Origin: Octopus vulgaris
Lineage: Eukaryota
Reading direction: 5' to 3'
Length of the DNA stretch: 64,000 nt
Assembly (NCBI GenBank): GCA_951406725.2
Contig: OX597834.1
Span: 32,240,001-32,304,000 of the forward strand
Shown: positions 50,924-64,000 of the stretch, piece by piece
How the letters are laid out: every line of letters starts with the position of its first letter
Position numbering within the stretch: the stretch's first letter is position 1
Program-made: the position numbers and the translations under genes
The notes under the pieces: model-generated
What the model was told of the DNA's origin: nothing
The model's input: only the letters and a program-made list of their open reading frames with translations
The model's database searches: none

Positions 50924-51228
50924 CTGTGTGTGTGTGCGTGTGGGGAGGGAATCTTACTGACAGTCATCAATCAGTACAGAAGAAGCCCCTACGTATTCAC
51001 ACGATTTGCAAGACGACGCACCGTAACACCCTCAATTCACCTCATATATAGAACAACACCATTCTATATATAACGATGGGATGATCACCACTAGAAGGCT
51101 TTTAACCATTACGGTATTTTTATTGAAATATATTGCTACTGTTTCAATAAATTTTGAAGGAAAAGAAAAAGGAAGAAAGAATGGAATTAAGAAAAATAAG
51201 TTATTAAGCTAGTAAGGCATTTATTTAA

Positions 51229-51628
51229 GGCGGTGAATTGGCAGAATGGATAGCACGCCGGGCGAAAAACGTAGCCGTATTTCGTCTGCCGTTACGTTCT
51301 GAGTTCAAATTCCGCCGAGGTCGACTTTGCCTTTCATCCTTTCGGGGTCGATAAATTAAGTACCAGTTACGCACTGAAGTCGATATAATCGACTTAATCC
51401 GTTTGTCTGTCCTTGTTTGTCCCTTCTGTGTTTAGCCTCTTGTGTGTAGTAAAGAAATAGGTATTTCGTCTGCCGCTACGTTCTGAGTTCAAATTCCACC
51501 GAGGTCGACTTTGCCTGTCATCCTTTCGAGGCCGATAAAATAAGTACTAGTTGAGCAGTGGAGTCGATGTAGCCGACTTAGTCTCCTCCACCAAAATTGT
51601 CGGCTTCGTGCCAAAATTTGAAACCGTT
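51229..51628 (+). mobile_element. SINE family B dimer
   Basis: Two bodies joined at GAAATAGGTATTTCGTC. Confidence 0.85.
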
Positions 51629-52922
51629 ATTAAGCTGATATTTGGAACAGAAATTAACACGAAACCCTTACTGCGTTTGTTTCAATTAATTTTGAAAGCT
51701 TTGAAGAACTTATTAAAATAACTGTCGTTTTAAGCTGGCGTTTGAAACAAAATGAAAAGAAAGCTTTGACGGAAAGTTTCTGGAGGGTTGGTATCCCAAC
51801 CCCCCAGATCTCCACCACCATCATAATTTACCACCTGCTTTTCCATGCTTGCATGGATCAGACAAATTGTTGAAGCAAATTTTCCACAGTCGGATGCCCT
51901 TCCTGTCACCAACCCAGACCTGTTTCCATGCAAGATAATATCTTCCCATAACTAGACAAGTATTTCTTAGAGGACTGGAAACGAACAACTTCGCTTGTAT
52001 GAAGATGCTTTTTACAACCATCACGTGATGTCTAGACAGGGATACACACAAACACGCACGCACACACACACACCACACACAAACAGATAGATAGATAGAT
52101 AGATAGACAGATAGATAGATTGTGCAGGCTTTTTTTAGTTTCTGCGTATGAAATCCACTCACAAGGCTTTGGTTGGCTCGGGACTATAGCAAAAGACACC
52201 CAAGGTTCTGCAAAGCGGGACTGAACCCGAGATCACATGGTTAGGAAGCAAGCTTCTTAAGCACACAACCACGCCTTGGGTAGGGTGGGGTGGGGACAAA
52301 CACGCGACACAACTCGGGAGGTGGTGCAGCTATAGAATTACAGAGCAAGGAAATATCAACATCAACCTGTTGGGTTAACAGGGTGGAATGTTAACGTGGT
52401 AAGGAAGTTCACTTCGTAACCGAGTGGTTCTGCGACCAGTACTGTCTAAAAACACGGGCACACATGGCTGTTACCCGAGGACCACAAGTGACAAGGGTGG
52501 GGGCTAATTCTAATCTACATATGCTGCGGTTGTGTATGTAAGGGCCCCCAGTGCATTACATTGCCTGGGGTTGTATAACGTATTTAAAACAGCTCTGTCT
52601 GTGCTACCTAGGGGCGAAAATATTCTACCATAGTTTCGGTGCCAAGCAAATCCTTGTGAGGTAATTTTGGGTTCGGGTGGGAAGATGTAGAACATCATTG
52701 GGTGGATTGTATCTGCTGTTGGGTGGTCACCTGGTTTAATACCAACTCCTGGCCCTTGGGTGCCTCCTTTTGTGAAGTTCATTCTGTTGCATGTATTCGA
52801 GAAATTTCTTCCTTCTTCTAAACTAGTCGCAAAGGCCCTTCAAAAGGTCATTGGGTACTGCCCTTCTCTCTCCTCACACACAGGCACACACACATATATA
52901 CGATATATATATATATATACAC

Positions 52923-52995
<73 letters not shown>

Positions 52996-53111
52996 GTATG
53001 TGTGCACGCGTGTGTACATGAGTAATTTCATTACCATGCACGATGCACACACATGTGAACACACATACACGTAAACATAATTGTGTGTATGTATGTGTGT
53101 GTGTGTATGTA

Positions 53112-53165
<54 letters not shown>

Positions 53166-53244
53166 GTTTGATTAGTACCACACACAAAACTCTCGTCCCT
53201 TGAGTCACTTTGTAACTTCTGCCAATAATAATAATAATAATAAC

Positions 53245-53296
<52 letters not shown>

Positions 53297-53485
53297 TACA
53301 CACACGTACTCATGTGTTAAGTTCTGATTATTGTGTTATTCTACCAAGTTAAACATACACACACACACACGTGTATTGTGTATATATTAATGAGTGTTCG
53401 GGTATATTTTACGTACAAGAATTCATGTGTATTTGCAAATGTGAATATACAAAATAAGAAAAAGTAAGGTAAAAACGGTAGATAG

Positions 53486-53543
<58 letters not shown>

Positions 53544-53745
53544 TGTGACAATGAAAAAAAAAAACAATACGAAAGAAATACAATAAACTGGTCCCTACCG
53601 TTTATGTATCCAGGACCGTTTTTGGTGCCAGGTTTTCAGTCGTTAACAGAGGCATATTAATATGTATTTCGTAAGAGAGAGAGAGAGAGAGAGAGAGGGA
53701 AGGAAGAACAGTGAAAGAGATAAAGATAGACGGGGGTTGTAAAAT

Positions 53746-53798
<53 letters not shown>

Positions 53799-53931
53799 AA
53801 ATAGAAGGTTGATAGATATATAAATAGGCAGGCGATCAGGCAGACAAGGGGAGAGAGACAGACAGAGACGGAGAAAAAGAGAGAGATAAACAAAACAGAA
53901 TGGTAAATGGAGAGATAGACAAGGCACAGAG

Positions 53932-53998
<67 letters not shown>

Positions 53999-54319
53999 CA
54001 GATAGATAGATAGATGGTTGGTAAGGTTAAAATGTATGTATATAGTAAGTATTCCAACGAGGTTGATGCGTCTGTCTCGAGGCAAGACTTGTTATATATT
54101 TTGGTAAAAAACGAATTTACGGAAGCACGTCGAGAGCTAGAAACTCTCAAAGTTTATCTTTAGTTTATCTGAAGAACAGGTAAGCTGGTAGCCTGGCCTC
54201 GGTTCTATCACCACCAACCAACCAACGTATTACCAAGTAATGCTACTACTACTATTAATACTAGCACTTCTTTTCAATGTACCTTACATACGTGAACAAA
54301 CACATGCGCATTTTCACGT

Positions 54320-54371
<52 letters not shown>

Positions 54372-54567
54372 GCGCGCGCTCACACACACACTTTTATCTA
54401 CAAGATGACAAGTCTTAGAGAAACAAATAGCAGATTACACAGCGTGGTTCCACAGGCCTCACGTCGAACCGCTCCACTTCTCGGCTCTCTCACCCATGTA
54501 TATATGTGTGTGCGTGTGTGTGTATGTATGTATGTATGTATGTATGTATGTATGCATGCACGCACGC

Positions 54568-54652
<85 letters not shown>

Positions 54653-54728
54653 GATGGATGGATGGATGGATGAATGGATAGATAGGTAGATAGGTAGATA
54701 AATAGATAGATAGATGGATGGATGGATG

Positions 54729-54795
<67 letters not shown>

Positions 54796-54834
54796 CGCTA
54801 GCCACTACACATTCCTTATTTTCTCTCCTTGTTC

Positions 54835-54870
54835 CTTTCTGTGGAAGAGCGTAGGCTCGAAACGTTAAAG
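54835..54870 (+). ncRNA. Minimal hammerhead-like motif in a Penelope-like remnant (~54793-54945)
   Basis: CTTT-CTGTGGAA-GAGC gtag GCTC-GAAACGTT-AAAG. Confidence 0.5.
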
Positions 54871-55024
54871 ACTTTCTCACTTTCCGAGCGTTAAACTAAT
54901 ACATCTGTTTGTTGTCTACACCACCTGTCTTCGTCTTTTTTTTTTGGGGGGGGGGGAATTCTCCCCCCCCCCCCATATATATGTGTGTGTATATATATAT
55001 ATGTGTATATATATACACGCACAC

Positions 55025-55055
<31 letters not shown>

Positions 55056-55632
55056 TGTGCCTTTCCTCACTTAAAAAAAAATCTTCTTGCACAGGCATTT
55101 CACGATAACAACATTGTTCATGATTGTTGATGGTGCTGTGAGTCTCAACTGAATGGCTGGCTGTAGCCTTAAAAAGCAAATAAAAGTCACATTCGATCAC
55201 AGCACCAATAACAGTTAAGCTTCGTGCAATGGCCATACTCGATAACGAGGGAGCAGCCATCATATATGTATGTATATACATGCGTGTGTACGCGTGCGCA
55301 CACAACGCGAAGATATAATGAACAGGCTTTAATTGCAAATTACAAATTTGTTTCTACGCCAGACACCAGATTTAAGCTGCTGAGTTTTCATTCATTTATT
55401 TACTATTGAATAAAATAGTTTTATTAACAGTTACACAAATAAATCTGGTTACACAAATAAAACTGGTTCAGCAACAGCTGTGTGCCGGTGCTTCATCGGA
55501 TTTATATATATGTATATATTAATTGAAGCGTACATTACGGCCAGGGGTTCAACGGAGTGTAACCTAACACTCCGTTGAAACCCCTTGTGTGAGACAGACT
55601 GGTAAGATCGGCCGTAATGGGATATATAATAT

Positions 55633-56030
55633 TCTTTTCTACTCTAGGCACAAGGCCCGAAATTTTGGAGGAGGGGGCCAGTCGATTATATCGACCCCAG
55701 TGCATAACTGGTACTTAATTTATCGATCCCGAAAGGATGAAAGGCAAGTCGACCTCGGAGGAATTTGAACTCAGAACGTAGCGGCAGACGAAATACGTAT
55801 TTCTTTACTACCCACAAGGGGCTAAACATAGAGGGGTCACACAAGGACAGACAAACAGATTAAGTTGATTACATCGATCCCAGTGCGTAACTGGTACTTA
55901 ATTTATCGACCCCCGAAAGGATGAAAGGCAAAGTCGACCTCGGCGGAATTTGAACTCAGGACATAAAGACAAACGAAATACCGCTAAGCATTTTGCCCGG
56001 CGTGCTAACGTTTCTGCCAGCTCGCCGCCT
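55633..56030 (-). mobile_element. SINE family B dimer with TSD
   Basis: Flanked by TAATGG(G)ATATATAATATT on both sides. Confidence 0.9.
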
Positions 56031-56509
56031 TAATGGATATATAATATTGTACACTTCGATTAATATACTCACTCTACTGACAGATATACGAGAGTATTTT
56101 TTCCTGACTTATGAATTTTCTTAGACGGCTTACACACACACACACACACACACACATACACACACACAGAGTCCGGTGATGGGTTAGCTGGTTGAAACTT
56201 CGAAATCATTGTCAATGCTATTCTTGTTAAAGAATAATAGATTTGGGCTCCACCAAATGTATTGAGTTATCCTTTGATTCAATGTGAAACTGATTTTATT
56301 TTGATTTAAAATCAAGTATTAATGTGTGTGTGTGTGTGTGTGTGTGTAATGTACTATTCGGTGATAGTAAGATCAACAAAAATAGCGCTCCGTCTGGTGG
56401 GAGATAAATATTATGTAACATACATACCTACATACGTACGTATGTTAAGCAGTGATGGTTATAGGGGTGGTGGAGGGACAAACACAACCACAAAGACACT
56501 TGAACGCGT

Positions 56510-56544
<35 letters not shown>

Positions 56545-56558
<14 letters not shown>

Positions 56559-57054
56559 TGTAGTTGTGTGAGTGTCTGTCCCCTTCGATTTAGATTCCTA
56601 ACTACTCCCACATTTTGCGGTGCAGTTTAACCAAATTCGGGTATCTTATAGTCGTGATTCATATCGAGCCCGTCTGGCTATTAGCGCGCGTCTACGATGA
56701 GTCTACGATTTTAAAAATAATTTAACATCATTTTTTATTCCATTTTAATGCATAATTTTTCGTGTGTCGATGGCGGCGGAGTTGGCGTCCATGGTCATAC
56801 CTGCACCTGTTTGCTTCTCCCCTTCTTCCCTCCCTCGTGAAGCTGCGGGGAAGGGAGTGTAAGGAAATCAACGTCGTAATGCGTTGTCAAGGAGACCAAG
56901 CGTTCTTTTAGAACAACGACTTCATGGCTTGAAGACACCAAAACAGAAATGGCTTAGAAAGCCCGAATTAGCATCTATAAGGGAAGTAACTCTCTAAAAA
57001 TGCTTATATAGTTATTTCCCTTACAAACCCGAGCAACGCCGGGCGATACTGCTA

Positions 57055-57055
<1 letters not shown>
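56545..57055 (+). mobile_element. Non-autonomous Helitron with the same cargo as 22062-22578
   Basis: Near reverse complement of 22062-22578; ends CCCGAGCAACGCCGGGCGATACTGCTAG|T. Confidence 0.85.
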
Positions 57056-57110
<55 letters not shown>

Positions 57111-58061
57111 GTATACATACATACATACATACATACATACATACATACATACATACATACATACATACATACATACGTAGCTAAAGAGGGCGTTAGAGAC
57201 GATCCGCCTTGGGCGGCACTTTTGGGTCTGCCGTTGGCAGTACGTATTTTTTGTGGGATCCCGGGGTGGCAAACGGAAGAGCCACCACAGGTAACACATA
57301 CTCTAGCTACGCTAGTATAAGTATGTATAATTCTAGTAAGGAGTAAAGACCCCCTTTGGACATGAATGGCCATGGGATTGCACCAAGAAAGTTCCCCTCC
57401 GAGGCACAAGTCCGGGCAAGGTTGTTTATGGAAGACTTGCAGTCGTCCATGCATACCAGTGTCCCCTCTCTATGCCGTCAATGTTATCCAAGGGAAAGGC
57501 AAAGGGGCCGATACAGCTTGGCACCTGTGACGTCGCAACTCATTTCTACAGCTGAGTTAATTGGAGAAACGTGAAATAAAGTGTCTTGCTCAAGAACACA
57601 ACACGCAGCCCGATCCGGGAATCGAACTCGCTACCTCATGGTTGTGAACCCACCTTCTTTCCAGCTGTCTCTTATAGAAAACAAAAGGTTTATATCAGTT
57701 TTTCTCAACTATGGTCCTTATGGCCCTCGGGGGTCCGTATCAGATTTTCTTGCTTAAATTGCTTATAATTCTACAAAAGACAAAATAGTTTAACAGTTTT
57801 TTATTATTAATTATTATCATAATTAATAATATTTAATTATGATAGGATTTTCTTTTTAAAACATCGAATGGCTATGAGGGTCCAGTAAGTGTAGAACAGG
57901 AACCAAAGACATCCATACGTTAAAAATGGTTGGGTGCCAATGTTGTCTATTTCTATTAAAATCTGAGGATTTTTTTAAGAACATTCATTTGTAGATATTA
58001 GGCAGACATTGTATACCTTGCATTGATGAACGAAACGATACCGAAACGTAAATAAACGCAT

Positions 58062-58115
<54 letters not shown>

Positions 58116-59303
58116 ACACTCACACACATACATACAACACACGTATACCCATCCACATGTATGTCTCTTCTTCTTTTTTTTAATCATTATAAATCTTCAA
58201 CTGAGGAGGGAACCGGTTTGCAACAAAGATACAAAGCTCCATCTTTGGGATGTAGTTAACACAGACAAATTCACATTTGGAACTTGAGAAAAGTCTTGCA
58301 TATTTTTACTGTTCCACTCACAGATTGCACTTGTTATGAACGGATCAGCCGGTCGATTTCTCTTTCTGAAAATCTCAGTTTATCCAGATTCTCCTTTAAG
58401 CATTGACTAACAAATACCTAGTGCTCCAATTATTTATTATTGGTATGAATATGAATTCTTAGTCTGGAAATAGAAGCTGGAGGTTTCGAAGCAGTTGTCC
58501 ATAGATATCCTCTTTTTCTTTGATTTTCAAAGAGATATTTATATCTGCAGGGCAGCTGACCTCTATGACGGTACATAGCTTTGCCCCTCTGTCCCACACA
58601 ACAATATCCGACCCGTTATGTTTACATTTGACAGAAATTTTGAGGGGAAATATTCCATAATGTCTGAATGTATGTATACGTGCATATATATATTGAAAAG
58701 TCTGAGTATATTTGTGGTTGTGTTTGTCCCTCCCCCACCACTATCACTGCCACCACCACCACCACCACCGCTTAACGACCGGTGTTGGTTTGTTTACGTC
58801 CCAATAAACTAGCGGTTCGACAAAAGCGACTGATGGAAAAAAAATTACCAGATTTAAAAGTAAAGTACCGGGGATCGATCTGTTCGACCGCACCCTTTAA
58901 GGCCTTGAGAAACTAGAGAGAGATATATATGCGCGCGCGTGTGTGTATGTGTGTGCGCGCACGCGCGCATGTAGTTATGAAAGTTTGGCCGAATGTAAAC
59001 AAATACCTGTTGTTGATCCCCCATTTTGTGTCTACTACGGAAGACCTGACAGCAGACGTTTGTTTATGTTTGTTCCAATCTCACAGTGTCAGTGAAAAAC
59101 ATTAGGTTTACCATAATAGACATTTCGAATTATCCGCAATACACCCACACCCACACACAGACACAGGAGGCAGGCAGACAGGCAGACAGTTAGAAAAAAG
59201 ATAGATAGATAGATGATGTTATATACAAGATATATAACTATTCATGCATATATGTAATGTTATATATATATATGTATATATATATATGTATATATATATA
59301 TAC

Positions 59304-59360
<57 letters not shown>

Positions 59361-59370
59361 ACATTGTATA

Positions 59371-59471
<101 letters not shown>

Positions 59472-59907
59472 ATGTGTGTGTGTGTGTATGCGCGAACACT
59501 GGGCCGACTGCTCAACCGCAGCCTTTAGCTCTATAGGTAGGCAAGAAGAGCACGTGTTACTATAATTAGTTAGTTTAGTAATAAGATAGTAGGCTACTTG
59601 CATCTCATTCGTATTTGGAGAGAGAGAGGGGGGGAGAGAGAGAGAGAGAGGGAGAGAAAGAGAGAGAGTAGGGAGTAGTTGAGTGAGAGAGGAGACGTAG
59701 AGACAGAGATTAGATCGACAGTCTGACAGTCAGACAGATATACGCCCTGAATCCCCCCATCGTACCCCGGTCACCACCCACACCATTACCCGCCACCTCC
59801 ACTACCACCACCACCAGCATCAGCATCACCAAGAACGGTGATACAACAGTAAGGTTCCTTTGTAGTTGCTCTGCAATACTGTAAGTGCGAAGAACGGTTC
59901 TGAAGCT

Positions 59908-60303
59908 GCGTGGAATTGAGTGGAGTTGAGTGTTGGTGCTCAGTGGAGTCGAGTGCTGTACTCGGTAAACATTGTGTCCAATGGAGTTTAAATATTATGC
60001 TCAGCGGAGATGAGTGCAGTGCTCAATGGAACTGAGTGTTGTACCCAGTTGAGCAGGCTGTTGTGTTCGATAGAGTTGAGTTCGGTGGAAGTGAGAGCTG
60101 TGCTCTGTGGAGTTAAGTATTTTGTACGCTTGAGCTGAGTGTAGCGCTCAATGGAGCTGAGTACTGTGTTCAGGAGGAGTTGATTGTTGTATTCAGTTGA
60201 ACAGAGTATCGTGCTCCATAGAGCTGAGTGTTGTGCTCAACAGAGTTGAGTTTTATACTAAGTGCAACTGAATGTTGCGCTCAGTGGAGTTGAGTGTTGT
60301 GTT
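59908..60303 (+). repeat. Degenerate ~22-bp minisatellite (GTGGAGTTGAGTGTTGTGCTCA)
   Basis: Roughly 17-18 diverged units. Confidence 0.85.
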
Positions 60304-60363
60304 GTTATTTAATTTGATCGACCAGACCTGAGCAAAGAACTACCAGTTATGATCGCCATGTCG

Positions 60364-60725
60364 GGTACTTTTTGGTTATCTCACCCCCATTAAAAAATTG
60401 GGTCATCTCCCCCGTTTTACAAGAAATATTGGTACTTTTGGTCAGCTCCCTCAACTAAACAAATTGTTTAACCGTCAATAAAAAGAAGGAAAAATTAATA
60501 AACATGAAAACTGAAAAAATTAAACGTCTTATTGAATCTGATAACATTTTTATAACAAATCATACAATGTCTATCTATTAAGGAGGCCAAACGTTAACAA
60601 TTTGTTGAAGAATTGAATCAAAAGGACTTAAATCTTTTAATCCAATCTCTTGTCGCCACAAGCTCAATTTTGTAGTGGGGAGGTAACCCTGTTTTTTAAT
60701 GGGGGTGAGATAACAAAAAAGTATC
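60364..60725. mobile_element. MITE with ~45-bp imperfect TIRs
   Basis: GGTACTTTTTGGTTATCTCACCCCCATTAAAAAA / TTTTTTAATGGGGGTGAGATAACAAAAAAGTATC. Confidence 0.8.
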
Positions 60726-61025
60726 AGAAATCGCTTTAAACTTACAAAAATAATATCCAGAGTGGTTAATATGATCAGAAATTTAATTTCGAAGTGTTCA
60801 TGGTGTCACAGTAAGGATCTGATCAAAGATTTTGCAATTAAAAAAAAAGGAAAACTTTTCAAATATAAAATGAAGTATACAAAAAATAAACATTATTTTC
60901 CCTCTTGCTGTTAGTTTTGTTTCATTTTGTAAACTAAAAATTTATTTTATGGTTTATTATTGTTTATATTTCAAATTACTTATATATGTGGGGGGGGGTC
61001 ACCAAAATTTTTTAAGCGCTTAGAG

Positions 61026-61226
61026 CAGTGCTTTTCAAACTTTTTGCTGGAGCGGAACCCCAAGGAAACATTCCACTGGCTCGAGGAACCCCTGTGCAAT
61101 GGTTTAATAGTCTTATGCACACATATCAGCACAGAAGAATTAAAAATTACTGCCAATTTTAGCAGCTTTGTAACTTCTTGCGGAACCCCTAGACTGTACT
61201 GGCGGAACCCTGGTTGAAAACCACTG
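61026..61226. mobile_element. hAT MITE with perfect 8-bp TSD
   Basis: TIRs CAGTGCTTTTCAA / TTGAAAACCACTG; TSD GCTTAGAG at 61018-61025 and 61227-61234. Confidence 0.9.
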
Positions 61227-61337
61227 GCTTAGAGCCTCGATGAGTCTTAATACAGCCCTAGGTCCTTACTTGTTTAAGCGGAAGAATATGATTTGAAGGG
61301 TCTCGTATTATAATCCCATTCATATTTAGAATACTCT

Positions 61338-61712
61338 ATTACCTCCGCCATAGCGAAGGCAGAGGTATTGTTTGCAGTCATGTTTGTTTGTTTGTCCATG
61401 GACAAGATATCTCAAAAACTGCTGGATGGATTTGGATGAAACTTTCAGGGATGTTTGGCCTCGTGACTGGCACCAACTGATTAGATTTTGGGATCGATCC
61501 AGTACCGGACAAGGATTCTGGATTATTTTCTGTTTTTTTTTTTTTGTATACTTAATTTTTGAGAGCTGTCGGGTTCATTTTTAGTATTCTCATTTGTGAG
61601 AGAAGTCGAGTTTTTTTTTCAGATATTCTCATTTTAAAAATCATCTCTTGCTAATCATTGAGAGGACGTTGATGTTGCCTTGGCGGAGGTTTGCGCTCTC
61701 TGAGTGCTCTTG
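61338..61712 (+). mobile_element. Helentron-associated (HINE/DINE-1-like) element
   Basis: Subterminal inverted repeats ACCTCCGCCA / TGGCGGAGGT, (GTTT)n tract, 3' hairpin GCGCTC-TCT-GAGTGC, T-rich insertion context. Confidence 0.7.
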
Positions 61713-61860
61713 TTGGAATATTAAATCCATTCGGTACCGGATTAAAGCTTGGTGCCAGATTAAGACATGGTATTGGCGGACTGCAGTCCAGGAGCTCTTC
61801 GTCAGTTGGGGATGGGGTGGGACAGAGATTAAGAGAAAAGTTACTGATAAATATAACAGT

Positions 61861-62265
61861 AGGCGCAGGAGTGGCTATGTGGTAAGTAGCTTGCTTACAA
61901 ACCACATGGTTCCGGGTTCAGTCCCACTGCGTGGCATCTTGGGCAAGTGTCTTCTGCTATAGCCCCGGGGTGACCAGTGCCTTGTGAGTGGATTTGGTAG
62001 ACGGAAACTGAAAGAAGCCTGTCGTATATATGTATATATATGTATATGTATGTGTGTGTCTGTGTTTGTCCTCCTAGCATTGCTTGACAACCGATGCTGG
62101 TGTGTTTACATCCCCGTCACTTAGCGGTTCGGCAAAAGAGACCGATAGAATAAGTACTGGGCTTACAAAGAATAAGTCTCGGGGTCGATTTGCTCGACTA
62201 AAGGCGGTGCTCCAGCATGGCTGCAGTCAAAATGACTGAAACAAGTAAAAGAGTAAAAGAGAGAG
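61861..62265 (+). mobile_element. SINE family A, full length (5' part of another copy at 63737-63840, minus)
   Basis: Consensus motifs. Confidence 0.9.
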
Positions 62266-62728
62266 AGTTAAATCTTAGCCTGGCATTCAATCGACCTCCG
62301 TATATGACTGGTATTTCATTTTATCGACCTCAAAAAGAAAGAATGGCAAAGGGGGTGTCGACAGTTCAGTAAAATTTGGTAAGTGGAAAAGGTGCATAAC
62401 GCCGGTCGGGCGCATTTGTGTACATGTGTGTGCGCGCGTGCAAGTATACCTGCATGTATGTATATGTGTGTGTGTGTAAGCATGTGTCTATGTACGTGTT
62501 TCTATGTTTGAAGGTATATGTGAATGTATGTGTGTATGTATGTGTGCCTGTGCGTACGTAGATATGTATGGATGTATGTATGTAAGTATGAATGTATGTA
62601 TGTATGTATGTATTATATATGTGTGTGTGTATGTATGTATGTATGCATGTATGTATGTATGTAAGTATATGGATGTATGTATGAATGTATGTATGTATGT
62701 ATGTATGTATGTATGTATGTATGTATGG

Positions 62729-62759
<31 letters not shown>

Positions 62760-62781
62760 TGTATGTATGTATGTATGTATG

Positions 62782-62837
<56 letters not shown>

Positions 62838-62935
62838 TGAATGCATGTATTTCCGTACACATACACGCATATACGACGTATGTGCACACACACACGTGCA
62901 TGCAGACGCCACGGATATGATTAACGTGGATCTTA

Positions 62936-63140
62936 TTACCAACGAAACTTGACGAATGTCTTACATTTTACGAAAGTTCCTTTGACAGCTTGTAAGTGTA
63001 ATCTTCTGATTAGGCGTGTTCTTTCTGGTTTTGTGAATCTCAGCTTCTCAAGATTCGTGTCGAAGCAGTCATCACGTAGCCAAACACTTCGGTAATTATT
63101 CGCAGAAACTACAATTGTTGCTTGTTTGTTTGAATAGTTG
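62936..63140 (-). other. Coding-like fragment (...VWLRDDCFDTNLEKLRFTKPERTRLIRRLHLQAVKGTFVKCKTFVKFRW*), terminal exon or transposon remnant
   Basis: Stop-free, protein-like frame ending in TAA between two microsatellite blocks; no ATG and a weak acceptor. Confidence 0.35.
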
Positions 63141-63177
63141 GACGGATGGTCGGACGGATGGATGCTTTTTCTTTACG

Positions 63178-63735
63178 TATGTATGTATGTATGTATGTAT
63201 GTAGGTAGGTAGGTAGGTAGGTAGGTAGGTATGTAGGTATGTATGTATGTATGTATGTATAGGTAGGTAGGTAGGTAGGTAGGTAGGTAAATAGGTAGGT
63301 AGGTATGTAGGTAGGTAGGTAAATAGGTAAGTAGGTAGGTAAGTAGGTGGTTAGGTAGGTAGGTAGGTATGTAGATAAGTAGGTAGGAAGGTAGGTATGT
63401 AGGTAGGTAGGTAGGTAGGTAAATAGGTAGGTAGGTAGGTAAATAGGTAGGTAGGTAGGTAAATAGGTAGGTAAGTAGGTGGTTGGGTAGGTAGGTTGGT
63501 AGGTAAGTAGGTGGTTGGGTAGGTAGGTAAATATGTAGGTAGGTAAATAGGTAGGTAGGTAAGAAGGTAAGAAGGTAGGTATGTAGGTAGGTAAGTAGGT
63601 AAATAGGTAGGTAGGTAGGTGGTTAGGTAGGTAAGTAAGTAGGAAGGTATGTATGTAGGTAGGTAGGTAGGTAAATAGGTAGGTAGGTAGGTAGGTAGGT
63701 AGGTAAGTAGGTAGGTAGGTAAGTAGGTAGGTAGG
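63178..63735. repeat. (GTAG)n/(GTAT)n microsatellite; (GTAT)n also at 62520-62790
   Basis: Direct observation. Confidence 0.95.
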
Positions 63736-64000
63736 AGGCTATAGTAGAAGACACTTGCTCAAGGTGCCACGCAGTGGGACTGAACCCGGAACCATGTGGT
63801 TGGTAAACAAGCCACTTACCACACAGCCACTCCTGCGCCTGTTTACGACGGCAAAAGAACCCGCGGAATAAGTACCAAACTTGTAAAGAAAGCACAAATT
63901 CTGGAATCGATTTCTTTAACAAAAATCCTTCAAGGAGGTGCCTCTGCATGAACGCAGTCCAATGTTTCGAACAAGTATAAGAAGATACAATAATTTTCAC

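Noticed and set aside
59700-59886. Pro-rich plus-strand exon or first exon with gtaag donors
   Set aside because: Mostly (CCA)n low complexity, with no acceptor or start and an in-frame stop; not supportable without RNA data.
62200-62245. SINE A tail as a hammerhead ribozyme
   Set aside because: It has a hairpin followed by GAAAC but no CUGANGA core or stem I/III arrangement.

Overview
AT-rich, very repeat-dense eukaryotic DNA. The SINE families and microsatellite load strongly resemble an Octopus (coleoid cephalopod) genome; this is pattern recognition, not a database result. No long genuine ORF is present, and almost all ORF-track entries are microsatellite or SINE translations. Supportable content: one intact tRNA-Glu(TTC) gene (23365-23436, minus strand) with a Pol III terminator; about 30 copies of three tRNA-derived SINE families (here A, B, C); decayed RTE and CR1 LINE fragments; an internally deleted Tc1 element; several hAT, mariner and other MITEs; six non-autonomous Helitrons and one Helentron-type element; Penelope-like remnants carrying minimal hammerhead-ribozyme motifs; and a few candidate spliceosomal exons. 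The best exon pair is phase-compatible on the minus strand (20195-20399 and 18223-18354) and encodes an unrecognised peptide. Most interesting observations: a ~45-nt two-hairpin module that ends SINE A but also occurs alone with a fixed 5' boundary and covarying stems (one copy just behind the tRNA terminator), fold-back retroelement insertions, atypical hammerhead cores, Helitron cargo, and a tandem array of in-frame splice donors.
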